DNA from: an uncultured Planctomycetales bacterium | Lineage (GTDB): Bacteria > Omnitrophota > Gorgyraeia > Gygaellales > Profunditerraquicolaceae | DNA: 64,000 nt | Direction: 5' to 3' | NCBI GenBank assembly: GCA_964603585.1 | Contig: CAZRVK010000001.1 | Span: forward strand, 335,856 to 399,855 | Part shown: piece after piece, positions 20,056-29,789 of the stretch | Layout: every line of letters begins with the position of its first letter | Numbering within the stretch: the stretch's first letter is position 1 | The notes under the pieces: generated by a model | The model's input: the letters and a program-made list of their open reading frames with translations, nothing else | The model's database searches: none | What the model was told of the DNA's origin: nothing | Translations under genes and position numbers: made by a program

Positions 20056-21541
20056 TCTCGACCTGCCGGTAATTCTCTTTAAAAAATACCGTGAGTTCTT
20101 TATACCCTGAAGGAGAAACTAATTTCTTGTCCACCAGATCCAGGAAGAAATCTCTTTTTAAAAAACGGCAGGTAACTACAGCCGGCCGTTTTCTGATAAT
20201 CTCTTTTACAAAATCTGTACGCAAAATATCCTCCCGCACACAAGGAAAATCATCTAGGAACAAATACTGTGAATAAGAATAAAAACGTGTTGCATCGGGC
20301 GCAAAAACCGGGCTCAAAGGGAACAGAACAAAACAACTCTCCTGGCTGCAATAACGGTTTATCTCAAGAAAAGTCGTTTTATCATCTTTATAAGTCTTCC
20401 GGAATGCTAATTCCAGCGGCAAAATATTCGGCACAACCATCAGGCTTAAGAAAATACCTGCCATAACCACGCGCTGTGATAAAAAACGATTGTTCTTAAG
20501 TATCTCCGGGACCGGACAACCGCTGGATACAATTGCCGAGATAATAAACCAAAATGCCAGATAATACCCGCCGTTTGCATATAAAGTACTGGTTAAAGAG
20601 CTTAAAGTGCTCAACAAAAAGGCAAAAAATAAAATCAATGATTTCTTATCATGATACCTGCGATAACCTGATAGCAAAAGATATGCTCCCCAGCACCCCA
20701 AAGCAAACACCGCCACAGGAAACCCCATAAAAACCTGCAGGATCTGCCGGTTAAAACCAAATACCCAGAAAACAAATTCCTGGAACACCTGATGGCTGAC
20801 TAAATAGATGAAAAGCGGCACCCCCCCTATAAGTAGGCCGATTAGATACACTGTCAATCTTAAGAAACGCCGGTTTCGCGCTCCCAGGAATATTGCGATA
20901 AGCGGTAAAAAAACCAGTAAATACTGCTTTATCAAGAATGACCAGGCAATGGAAAATGCGACCCCGGCTAAAAAGCAGGCAACTGGGCTCCTATCAGGTA
21001 TCTCAAGACAAATGTAAATTCCCGCCAAAAGGAAGAAAACCATAAAGATATCCGGACGTAACAGCAAAAACTGCCCTGACACTATAACGCTTGATAAAAC
21101 CAATATATATATGAAAGGATTGGCATTATCCTTCCATACAGCCTTTGCTATTTTCCAGCCTACAAATGCATTGATCAGGAAAACAATAGCACTAAAGAAT
21201 CGGCAGAACACAAAAATCGAGAGTGTTGGCTTAAACCACTTTATGAAGGAAGCCATAATAACCCAGAGAAACGGTGGATGATGTGACCAAAAGTCCTTAA
21301 AAGGCACTAAACCCTGGTCGATAAGCCAGCTTAAATGCAGATGTGCAACTTCATCATGGTATATGCGGTTGGACAAGCTCCATAAAATAAGGATCAAAAA
21401 ATTCACCATAATAACCGGAAGGAACATCCATTGTGCCTTTTTTTTCAGGCAAAAATATGCCCACCCACCGCCAAGCATTGCCAAAAACAGGAACCGAAGC
21501 AAATTAACCCCGGTCATGAAATTCAGCCCCAGTTCAAACAT
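20015..21541 (-). CDS. polytopic membrane protein, GT-C-type glycosyltransferase-like, paralog 2
   Basis: 508 aa, ~12 TM. Blocks ..DEVAHLHLSWLIDQGLVPFKDFWSHHPPFLWVIMASF.. and ..IIRKRPAVVTCRFLKRDFFLDLVDKKL.. nearly identical in pattern to paralog 1. Confidence 0.45.
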   Translation of the reverse strand: MFELGLNFMTGVNLLRFLFLAMLGGGWAYFCLKKKAQWMFLPVIMVNFLILILWSLSNRIYHDEVAHLHLSWLIDQGLVPFKDFWSHHPPFLWVIMASFIKWFKPTLSIFVFCRFFSAIVFLINAFVGWKIAKAVWKDNANPFIYILVLSSVIVSGQFLLLRPDIFMVFFLLAGIYICLEIPDRSPVACFLAGVAFSIAWSFLIKQYLLVFLPLIAIFLGARNRRFLRLTVYLIGLLIGGVPLFIYLVSHQVFQEFVFWVFGFNRQILQVFMGFPVAVFALGCWGAYLLLSGYRRYHDKKSLILFFAFLLSTLSSLTSTLYANGGYYLAFWFIISAIVSSGCPVPEILKNNRFLSQRVVMAGIFLSLMVVPNILPLELAFRKTYKDDKTTFLEINRYCSQESCFVLFPLSPVFAPDATRFYSYSQYLFLDDFPCVREDILRTDFVKEIIRKRPAVVTCRFLKRDFFLDLVDKKLVSPSGYKELTVFFKENYRQVEIGNGSYYIRNDKF

Positions 21542-21569
21542 CCATCCCTCTCATTGTCTTAAGTTTAGT

Positions 21570-22070
21570 TTACCAGTGTTCCAGATGCACTCGATCCTGG
21601 CGATAACGGTCAATCGCCTTAGCTTCTTCCATCGGATAACCAACCGGAATTATGGCAAAAGGCATGATCGATGCTGGCAAATCGAACATCGCTTTTATAT
21701 ATTCAATCCGGTCCTGCCGCGGGTAAACACCCAGCCAAACCGCGCCTAATCCCAAAGCAGAAACCTCAACAAGTATATTCTCTACCGCGGCAGAACAATC
21801 CTGCACCCAAAACCCCTTGTGCTTCTCAAGCTCCAGATCGGCACAAACCACAACAGCCAAAGAGGCGCCTCCTACCATTGAAGCATAAGGGCTGGACCCA
21901 GATAACTTTTTCAGTCTTTCTTTATCTCTTATCAAAATAAAATGCCAGGGCTGTTCATTGCCGGCTGAAGGGGCATTCATTCCTGCACCAAGAATACTTC
22001 TTACCTGGCTGTCATTCACCGCAAGCGCGGTATATCGTCTGACGCTCCTTCTTTTAAATATCGCATCCAT
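21570..22070 (-). CDS. nitroreductase family protein (FMN-dependent NAD(P)H oxidoreductase)
   Basis: ..MDAIFKRRSVRRY.. and ..PSAGNEQPWHFILIRD.. nitroreductase signatures. ORF-track start 22094; likely start M at 22070. Confidence 0.75.
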   Translation of the reverse strand: MDAIFKRRSVRRYTALAVNDSQVRSILGAGMNAPSAGNEQPWHFILIRDKERLKKLSGSSPYASMVGGASLAVVVCADLELEKHKGFWVQDCSAAVENILVEVSALGLGAVWLGVYPRQDRIEYIKAMFDLPASIMPFAIIPVGYPMEEAKAIDRYRQDRVHLEHW

Positions 22071-22160
22071 ATTCTCCTCCTGCGTAAAGTTCATATTATT
22101 ACGTTAAGCATTTTCTACCGAACTCCCTTGGCTTAAACCAGGCATTAATACGAAAATATC

Positions 22161-22188
22161 TTGAATTTAATCATGATTACGCTACAAT
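22161..22188 (+). promoter_or_regulatory. candidate sigma70-type promoter for the DUF3307 gene (TTGAAT-N16-TACAAT), with AGGAG RBS at 22195-22199
   Basis: cTTGAATttaatcatgattacgcTACAATgaattcAGGAGaaaaaactaATG, read directly from the sequence. Confidence 0.4.
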
Positions 22189-22208
22189 GAATTCAGGAGA
22201 AAAAACTA

Positions 22209-22922
22209 ATGTTTCTTTTCATCCGTTTATTATTAGCGCATTTTCTGGGCGATTTTCCTTTTCAGTTCGATAAGATTTACAAACTAAAACTTACCGGGCT
22301 CAAAGGAATAATACCGCATGTAGCAATCATCTTTGCATGTTCTGCCGCGCTTTCCTGGCCGTATCTCCACCTGCCCTTAGTTTGGCTGTTTATATTATTT
22401 ATCAGTATTACACATCTTATCCAGGATTCAGCAAAACTTAATTACGGAGCAGTAAAACACAGCTTTTGGGCTTACATTCTCGACCAGTTAACTCATGCCG
22501 GGATAATCTCGCTTATTTTCTTGACCGACCTAAAGAATCTCCAGCCTCCGGTTGATCAGGCTAACATACTCGTCAGGATATACTCAAACAACACCCTGAT
22601 GGTTTACTGCATTGGGATACTTTTTGCTACTTACAACGGCTTTTTTATGATTAGGTGTTTTCACGACACCTTCATCGGAAAGGCGCAATATAGTTCCTTT
22701 GAAAAATGGTATGGAATGCTTGAGCGATGCTTAATCGTCTTTCTTTTTATCCTTAAATGGCCTTTTTTACTGCTACTGGCAATACTTCCGCTTTTACGCC
22801 CGATGATCTTCGTTTTAGGAAAAAAACATCTCCATCTGCAGGATAATTTTGTATCTTTCACAGAAATAATCTTGAGTTGGTCCATCGCCTTACTTACCGG
22901 ATTTATATTATATTTTTTTTAA
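22209..22922 (+). CDS. DUF3307-family integral membrane protein
   Basis: N-terminus ..LLLAHFLGDFPFQ.. characteristic of DUF3307. 6-7 TM helices. One of only two plus-strand genes in the window. Its 3' end overlaps the convergent cyclase gene by ~15 nt. Confidence 0.5.
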   Translation: MFLFIRLLLAHFLGDFPFQFDKIYKLKLTGLKGIIPHVAIIFACSAALSWPYLHLPLVWLFILFISITHLIQDSAKLNYGAVKHSFWAYILDQLTHAGIISLIFLTDLKNLQPPVDQANILVRIYSNNTLMVYCIGILFATYNGFFMIRCFHDTFIGKAQYSSFEKWYGMLERCLIVFLFILKWPFLLLLAILPLLRPMIFVLGKKHLHLQDNFVSFTEIILSWSIALLTGFILYFF

Positions 22923-25175
22923 TCCGGTCACCCTATATATAGGAATCGGCTTGGATTTACCTTTTACCGAAATAGGCTCTAACTTTTCCGCAACCACATG
23001 ATCTGCAACAAGATCATAAGTAACCTGGCTGATTATGATTTCTTCCCGGGATGCCGCAGAACAAAGCCGCGCCCCTAAATTGACATTATCCCCGATCACC
23101 GTATAATCCATGCGTTCTGCCGAGCCCATATTGCCTACGACCATTTCTCCGGTATTTATGCCGATACCGATCTGTAAAGGCTCTTTCTCCTGGATGACCC
23201 ATTTCTGGCGAAGTTCGGCCATCCTGGCCTGGATCTCTACTGCCGTACGCACTGCAACAAGCGCATGATCATTTAAATGGCGGTTGCCGGGCGCGCCAAA
23301 AAAAGCCATTAGTTCATCACCGACGAATTTATCCAAAGTCCCGTTATATTTGAATACCACCTTTACCTGCTCAGTCAATATCTCATTCAGCATAGCCACG
23401 ACTTCTTCCGGCTGATGAGACTCCGAAAAAGTAGTAAACCCGCGGACATCAGAAAAAATGACAGTCAACATGCGTCTTTCTCCACCCAATTTAAGCTTGG
23501 ACGGATCATTAAGCAGTTCCGAAATAACCTCTCCGGAAAGATAATGGCTGAACGCTTGTTTGATCCAAAGTTTCTCTTTCTCCTCGGTAAAGAAACGAAA
23601 ACTGGTAATGGAGGAAAAACCGAAAACAACGATCCCCACCGGTCCAACAAGATCAACCCAAATACCGAAGGCACGGAACAAAAACAAGGAAAACAAGAAA
23701 TACCCCGCAAGATACGCCAGGGCAAACAGCAAACTCTTCCACATTTTCATCATTGAAGCAAAAGCAATTGCAATGGCGGTAAAAATGAATATAAATATGC
23801 GGATAAAACCATCTTTCTTTATAATAAATTCTTGTGCCAGAATCGTATCGATAAGGTTGGAATGCGTCCCTACCATAGGATAATTCTCCTGCAAAGGAAC
23901 CGCCCTAAGGTCATGCGTGCCGGTAGCGGTAAGGCCTATGATACAGATCTTACCTTTAACCATCTGCGTTAATTTCTTCATAAGCTCTTCTTCGCCTTTT
24001 TTAAGATAGCCTACCGTAGTATTATCCGCACCAGGAGTCGATTTACCAAGCACGGCATTTATCTCCTCCCGAATATGGGCAAGTTTAATGATCATATAAT
24101 AAGGAATATGCTGAAATGCCTCCCCCCAGCGGCCAGTCCAATTCACCAGGACAGAACCGTTTTTATCTACGGGGATAACGATATCCCGGGGCAATCCGCG
24201 CAAATGAGCTCCTTTTAAAATAATCTTATCTGACGAGGCATCTATCTGCTTAACTTCCATAAGATCAAGCAACGCAGCAACCGTAAGCTGGGGGAATATC
24301 TTATCTTCATGCTTTAAGAATAATGGTACCCGGCGGGTCACTCCGTCCAAATCAGGATCGGCATTTATATAACCGCTTCCCTTAAGGCAGGATGTATAAG
24401 AAGCAATCGGAGGATATGGCTCGGCAAGTTCTTCGGCAAAAGGCCATTCATTGCCAGTATAACGCACAGCAAATCTTAAGATGAAATCCCGGGACAATTT
24501 CCGGTCTTGGAAGCGTTCCCTTAGATAATTTTCGTCTTCCGCGAATAAGAACCATCCGCGGTCTTTTTCTATTTTCTCGAGCATTGCCTCAAAAGAGATC
24601 TCCGGATCGTTTAATATAACATCATGCTCTACTTCATCCAAAACAACCTTTTTAGTTTGAGAAAATGTATCTTTTAAGGAAAGCGGATCTACTCCCGATA
24701 ATTTAGCGGCATCATCCAAAGTTAAGCTGATATCCTTAAGCAATAGGGATTTAAGACCGCCGGATACTGCCTCATGGCGGCCGGAAAAATAAAAAGGCAG
24801 ATAAGTTATACGCGTTCGGCACAATGCATCCGTAAAAAACGCATCTTCCTCTGGATTATCCTTCCACTCCTCCGTAAAAAGAATATCCATAAGTACTTGC
24901 TTGGCCTGGCATTCCTTAAGTATCGATGTAAGTTTAGCGTGGTAATTCCGCGGCCATGGCCATCGGCCTAAGGCGGCAAGGCTTTGATCATCGATATCGA
25001 TATGCACGACAGGAGATATGGCGGGACGCCTGCCTTTAAGCGCAAACCGCAGGTCTAAAGCCTTTAATTCGAGGATCTGATAAAACCTCGTATTAACCGA
25101 GCTAAAGATCAAGGCCGCCAGGAAGACGGAGAGCCCGATACTGACAAGCAGTTTAAGTCTAGTCTTCTTATTCAC
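22908..25175 (-). CDS. CHASE2-sensor class III adenylate/guanylate cyclase
   Basis: N-terminal TM + ~330-aa extracytoplasmic region + three TM helices (CHASE2 topology), then cyclase homology domain (..VIFSDVRGFTTFSE.., ..KFVGDELMAFFGAP.., ..IGINTGEMVVGNMGS..). Confidence 0.8.
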   Translation of the reverse strand: MNKKTRLKLLVSIGLSVFLAALIFSSVNTRFYQILELKALDLRFALKGRRPAISPVVHIDIDDQSLAALGRWPWPRNYHAKLTSILKECQAKQVLMDILFTEEWKDNPEEDAFFTDALCRTRITYLPFYFSGRHEAVSGGLKSLLLKDISLTLDDAAKLSGVDPLSLKDTFSQTKKVVLDEVEHDVILNDPEISFEAMLEKIEKDRGWFLFAEDENYLRERFQDRKLSRDFILRFAVRYTGNEWPFAEELAEPYPPIASYTSCLKGSGYINADPDLDGVTRRVPLFLKHEDKIFPQLTVAALLDLMEVKQIDASSDKIILKGAHLRGLPRDIVIPVDKNGSVLVNWTGRWGEAFQHIPYYMIIKLAHIREEINAVLGKSTPGADNTTVGYLKKGEEELMKKLTQMVKGKICIIGLTATGTHDLRAVPLQENYPMVGTHSNLIDTILAQEFIIKKDGFIRIFIFIFTAIAIAFASMMKMWKSLLFALAYLAGYFLFSLFLFRAFGIWVDLVGPVGIVVFGFSSITSFRFFTEEKEKLWIKQAFSHYLSGEVISELLNDPSKLKLGGERRMLTVIFSDVRGFTTFSESHQPEEVVAMLNEILTEQVKVVFKYNGTLDKFVGDELMAFFGAPGNRHLNDHALVAVRTAVEIQARMAELRQKWVIQEKEPLQIGIGINTGEMVVGNMGSAERMDYTVIGDNVNLGARLCSAASREEIIISQVTYDLVADHVVAEKLEPISVKGKSKPIPIYRVTGLKKI

Positions 25176-25203
25176 GAATTTATTTTAAAAGACGTGGCTT
25201 TAA

Positions 25204-26220
25204 CTAAAATTGGTAATACGCAGACGCCGAGATAAGCGACCCGGAATAATTATCTAATGGCTCATTCGAATAATTCTGGCGATATGTATAATTCATAGCC
25301 AGGGAAAACGCCTTGGTCATATTGTAATAAAGCGCGGTGGTGTACAAATAAGTCCTTTCGTGTTCTAAAGAAGCCGGGTCCAGGATCAAGGTTCGGCTGC
25401 GATAACCTCGATATTGCTGATTAAAGGAAAAATACCCGGTGATCTTATCCGTAAAAAGATGCGTCAATGAAGCGCCAAAACGGAAGGAATCATAATCATA
25501 ATATTTCAGATACCGGTCGCTTGAAGTATTATAAAAATACTGAAAACTCGCCTTGAGCAGGTCTTTAGTAAAATATTTACCCACCTCATAATTTACCGTA
25601 TCGCGCAGATCATTACGCCTTTTGTCGCTGGGCAATCCGTTATCGGTAATCCGGATCTTTCTTTCGAGGAAATTACGGTATGACAAGGCATATCCCAAGC
25701 TGTGATAAAGCTTATAAGGCAAGATCTGTTTGATCCTGACCCCGAGCGCGTTCTCCAGGTAATCATCATCCCCGGTATTGGTATAATTTATCCAATCAAA
25801 ATTATATCCAGCGGTCACAATCAGATTTTTAGTCAGGCTGTGGTCAATAGAAGCCGTAAGGCCGTTTCTTACCAGGTCCAAACTGCTTTCCCCGGCATAC
25901 ATAAGGCTCATCAACTCATAGTCTATGCCGCCCTTGGTTTTCTTGGAAAAATCCGTGCTGAATGAGCTTCTAAAAAATGCCTGGGTATAAGAATCACCGA
26001 TCCGGCGGCTATCCAAATGGGTATTATTATCATAACCTTCAGATAAAGAAGCGATAAACTTGAACTTACCGCGTTCCAGGACCGATTTTTCCGGCTGTAA
26101 ATATATCCTTTTTGAACGAGGGGTAGTATCTTCTTCCGTAATATCGGTAGCAAAGGACAACACCGGAATAAGAATTATCGCCAGAAATATGCTCCAGACA
26201 AGCAACCTTTTATTTCGCAT
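25204..26220 (-). CDS. predicted outer-membrane beta-barrel protein (hypothetical)
   Basis: Signal peptide, alternating amphipathic beta-strand pattern rich in Y/N/S/T, C-terminal aromatic (..YYQF). Confidence 0.45.
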   Translation of the reverse strand: MRNKRLLVWSIFLAIILIPVLSFATDITEEDTTPRSKRIYLQPEKSVLERGKFKFIASLSEGYDNNTHLDSRRIGDSYTQAFFRSSFSTDFSKKTKGGIDYELMSLMYAGESSLDLVRNGLTASIDHSLTKNLIVTAGYNFDWINYTNTGDDDYLENALGVRIKQILPYKLYHSLGYALSYRNFLERKIRITDNGLPSDKRRNDLRDTVNYEVGKYFTKDLLKASFQYFYNTSSDRYLKYYDYDSFRFGASLTHLFTDKITGYFSFNQQYRGYRSRTLILDPASLEHERTYLYTTALYYNMTKAFSLAMNYTYRQNYSNEPLDNYSGSLISASAYYQF

Positions 26221-26266
26221 CGCTCCTCCTTTAAGAAAATGATCGACTATTTATTAAGACACATCA

Positions 26267-27136
26267 TTACCACGGGTGTTGGCTCTCACTCGACTTTTCC
26301 CGGAACTCTTCAATCTGCGTGGCTGTATTATGGTCTTCTACATCAGTCTTAGTGTTATTGACCTCGTTTATAACTCCGCCCTGATCAGCAGCCTGATCGG
26401 CTTTTTGCTCAATAGTTTGCTTCTCCTGCTGGCTTTCCTGTTCTTTTTGCCTTCTCTCGGCTTCTCTTTGCGCCCTGACATTCTCCCTGCCTTCGTTGCG
26501 GGATGAAAGATCCTCACGGATATCATCAAAGCGTTCAAATTCACGATTAGATATCTGAATCAGCGCACCCGGCATCTCAAATCTCTCGATCAAGGTCTTA
26601 AACCCTTCCGGTAGCATAACTTCCGGAAGTTCATTACCCGATGCATCATAGGTCTTCAAGAATACTGTATCCTTAAATGCTGTAACTTCATCCGTGTCGC
26701 GTTCCACATAAACACTGTAACTCGATCCTCTAACCCCGCAAACTGCAGAAGGGGTATTCACTTCAAAACTAAGTCCGGATTTAAGCCCTTCTAAATTCGA
26801 AAGCACCTTGCCACGTGAAAGATCCAGGCGGTCCACAACCCCGGGAGTAGACGAGTTTAAAACCACTAAAGTCGAAGGATCTATCCGGATACTGTTCTTT
26901 TTGGCCTCATCAAGGACTACATCGGCTAAAGAATGCCGCGCCGTACGTATAGAATCGCCGATATCGACCTTCATCCCCTTCTCTGCGGTCTTCCACAAAT
27001 TATCCTTCGGCGACTGAACTTGGACATTACCCTCAAGGTAAGTAATTTCAGCCGCATAAGACAATACCCCGGCTCCGATGACACCGAATAATAAAATTAT
27101 CCCGGAAATCAGAACTCGATGTTTTTTCATAACCAT
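26267..27136 (-). CDS. FecR-domain protein with charged low-complexity C-terminal tail
   Basis: Signal/TM anchor, then FecR-like beta-rich region. C-terminal ..RAQREAERRQKEQESQQEKQ.. tail. Confidence 0.5.
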   Translation of the reverse strand: MVMKKHRVLISGIILLFGVIGAGVLSYAAEITYLEGNVQVQSPKDNLWKTAEKGMKVDIGDSIRTARHSLADVVLDEAKKNSIRIDPSTLVVLNSSTPGVVDRLDLSRGKVLSNLEGLKSGLSFEVNTPSAVCGVRGSSYSVYVERDTDEVTAFKDTVFLKTYDASGNELPEVMLPEGFKTLIERFEMPGALIQISNREFERFDDIREDLSSRNEGRENVRAQREAERRQKEQESQQEKQTIEQKADQAADQGGVINEVNNTKTDVEDHNTATQIEEFREKSSESQHPW

Positions 27137-27206
27137 TTCTCCCTTTCCTTTAAGCTAACAAAATCATAAATATTTTAAGAGCCGCTATCCAACTTAACAT
27201 TCACGA

Positions 27207-28973
27207 TTAAAACCCTTTCGTAAGGGAATACCAAATATGGGGTTTTTTACCATCTTTAGGAGTCTCTCCGGATACTGGCCAGCCCATATCCATACGCATT
27301 GACAATGCCTGATCCGGGACGGTAAATGTCAATCCCCAACCGGCAGAATCCAATCTGGTAATTTTCTTATCTCCGGTTTGCGGACTCTTCAGTATTGCTT
27401 GAGCCCAATCATTAAAGGTAAATATCTTTATAGCATCATACCATTTGGTCTTAGAAAAAGGTACATTGATATCCCTGGGGATACCAAAGGGAGGAAAAGA
27501 GAACCCATTGGAAAAAGAAGTTCCCCCATCTCCAGGAGCCTGGGCCCTGGGATAACCGCGGTTATCGATCACCCCCATGATACCGCCTACGCTAAAACAA
27601 TTTACCCCGGTAAGGGTCTGGGAAGAAAGCTGCCAGCGCGCCTTACTGATAAAATCAATCCCGGCAAAAAGCTTCTGCCGGCGGGCAACGGCAAGTATAT
27701 TTTTCGTATATCCGCTTCCGGCGCCATTAACAGAAGTCTCATCGGTCTTCCTGGGAGAACCGCCCCAAATCCCGCCCAAGCTATACTCCAAGTCGTTACT
27801 GACCACCCAGCGCCCGTATTTATCCGCGCGATTTAAATCTATTCCCCACATCAGGGCACGGAAACGGTCTTTTTTAACCGCATTATCCCAGCCGTATTTC
27901 CCGCCTCCGGTATACCAATGGATATCCTTATAAACAAAACCATAGGAAGTACTAAGTTCGCAATTAGGATTATCGATCAATGTCTGGAAGAAATTAAAAT
28001 ACCATTTACGGGCATGCTTCTCAAAATCAGTGTCCTTATTATCGCTGTAATAATAATCTTCTTGCTTAAAAGGCATGATATAAAGTTCGAATTTCCAGTT
28101 TTTATTCAAAGGCAGGAAATAATCAACATCAAATAGTTTATGAGCATCGCCTTCAGTAAGCTGCGCCTTGAACTGAATAGAATCATCATGCCCGGTTATA
28201 TTATTATGCGTTAAAAATAGCTTATAGCGGTTATAAAGGATATATTCCGAACCGTAGTTATCAAACTGCACCATAGCATGTAAAGGCGTTCTATCCTTGA
28301 CCTTCAAAGTAATATTGGTTACTCCTGTCTGCACATTTGGATCGCAGACAATGCTGATCTTGCGGTCCTGATGCTTATTTATCCGGTAAATATCGTTATT
28401 AAGCTGTAAAAAGTTAAACGGCTCTCCCTCTTGCAAAGAGATCTTTTTCCTAAGCAATTTAGTAGGATAATGTTTATTCCCCTCTATCTCTATTTTACCT
28501 ACCCTGCCCTCTGCCACCATGATCTCTAATATACCGGAAGCAAGCTTATCCGGAATGATATACCCATAAGAGGTAATATACCCTTCCCGGCAATAAGCAC
28601 GGGTCACTAAATCCGCGCAATGCTGCATTTCTCTTGCCGTAAGTTCTTTATTCTCATAATCCATTTTGATCCTGTCAATAGCCTCCTGCGCTAAAAGAGT
28701 CGAGCCAAGGATATTAACCTGCCGGATCAAAGTTTTTCCTTCAGGCAAAGTCGGCCTGGGCATCTGTGATTCCACGGTCTCTCTTAAAGCTATAGCAGGA
28801 GATTTTGCCGCTTTTTCAGTCAAATCCCTTTCTAATTGTTCTGCCCTGGGGCTATCATCCCCTGCTTCTTCAGCAACAGCAAACGCCTGTTCAGGAGTAA
28901 ACACCATAATACTGAATAAAGCCAGGATAAAAATAGTTCCTATGGTCCTATGCAACCAATTACATTTTGTCAT
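27207..28973 (-). CDS. Omp85-superfamily transporter of the ShlB/FhaC/HecB (TpsB, two-partner secretion) type
   Basis: 588 aa. Signal peptide, POTRA-like region (..LLRKKISLQEGEPFNFLQLNNDIYRI..), L6-loop ..DNRGYPR.. (VRGY motif), C-terminal ..KGF. Confidence 0.65.
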   Translation of the reverse strand: MTKCNWLHRTIGTIFILALFSIMVFTPEQAFAVAEEAGDDSPRAEQLERDLTEKAAKSPAIALRETVESQMPRPTLPEGKTLIRQVNILGSTLLAQEAIDRIKMDYENKELTAREMQHCADLVTRAYCREGYITSYGYIIPDKLASGILEIMVAEGRVGKIEIEGNKHYPTKLLRKKISLQEGEPFNFLQLNNDIYRINKHQDRKISIVCDPNVQTGVTNITLKVKDRTPLHAMVQFDNYGSEYILYNRYKLFLTHNNITGHDDSIQFKAQLTEGDAHKLFDVDYFLPLNKNWKFELYIMPFKQEDYYYSDNKDTDFEKHARKWYFNFFQTLIDNPNCELSTSYGFVYKDIHWYTGGGKYGWDNAVKKDRFRALMWGIDLNRADKYGRWVVSNDLEYSLGGIWGGSPRKTDETSVNGAGSGYTKNILAVARRQKLFAGIDFISKARWQLSSQTLTGVNCFSVGGIMGVIDNRGYPRAQAPGDGGTSFSNGFSFPPFGIPRDINVPFSKTKWYDAIKIFTFNDWAQAILKSPQTGDKKITRLDSAGWGLTFTVPDQALSMRMDMGWPVSGETPKDGKKPHIWYSLTKGF

Positions 28974-29068
28974 GTATCGATCCTCCTTTTACAAAACCTA
29001 TTGGGAAATTATTTGATTTGCGTAAATATTTCTAACTCTATAGGTTATATATGGATAATATTTCTATT

Positions 29069-29098
29069 ATTTTACGGAATCAGCGCGGTTTTGTCAAG
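29069..29098 (-). promoter_or_regulatory. candidate promoter for tpsB-fecR-omp transcription unit (minus strand TTGACA-N18-TAAAAT)
   Basis: Complement of 29093-29098 = TTGACA, complement of 29069-29074 = TAAAAT. ~90 nt upstream of the tpsB start. Confidence 0.3.
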
Positions 29099-29109
29099 GA
29101 AATACTCTA

Positions 29110-29784
29110 TCATTTCCGGGTGTTTCTTTGAGAAAAATAGTTAATAAAAACGATGATAAAAACCACACATATCAGCAATTGAGCGCTCACCACAAGCTGT
29201 CCGTAACTATTTTTAGCTGTAATATCCCCGAAGCCCACAGTGGTAGTTGAAACCACGCTAAAATAAAGCGCCGAAACAGCATCCATCGGCTGGCTTAAAA
29301 GATCATAAGCAAGATAAAATACCGCAAAATCCGCGATCACCTCCGCATAATGCAAAAGGATCAATAAAAGCGCCCGCGGGTAACTCACCGAAGCAAAATG
29401 GATATCCGAAAGAAAGATCAAATGCAGGATATGCACCAGGGTTTCACTTAAGAAATAAACTATCAAGAAAATTACAAACGGCTGACGATACCAACCGGAC
29501 AAAATAACAACAAAAGGAAAAACAAACTTAAAAATGGCGTAGGTTTCAACCGCAAGCCGCCTGGCAGTCCCCCCAAAACGGCCAAAAACATCACGAATAA
29601 GCAAGATCGGATAAAAAAACTGCGCCAAACAAAGCAAAAGCCGGACCAGGCGCTCCAACCCGTAATTCTCTTCATTCCATACTTTTTTAAGATGCTTTAT
29701 CTGTTCAGAATATGCCTCCGCTACCGCCTGGCGGGGGGCATTGACCTGGTTAATAAAGATCTTCCGTAGGCACAATCCTATCAT
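29110..29784 (-). CDS. potassium-channel-like pore protein (TVGFGD selectivity filter)
   Basis: ..VVSTTTVGFGDI.. pore helix/selectivity-filter signature between hydrophobic helices. 224 aa. Confidence 0.55.
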   Translation of the reverse strand: MIGLCLRKIFINQVNAPRQAVAEAYSEQIKHLKKVWNEENYGLERLVRLLLCLAQFFYPILLIRDVFGRFGGTARRLAVETYAIFKFVFPFVVILSGWYRQPFVIFLIVYFLSETLVHILHLIFLSDIHFASVSYPRALLLILLHYAEVIADFAVFYLAYDLLSQPMDAVSALYFSVVSTTTVGFGDITAKNSYGQLVVSAQLLICVVFIIVFINYFSQRNTRK

Positions 29785-29789
29785 CTCCT

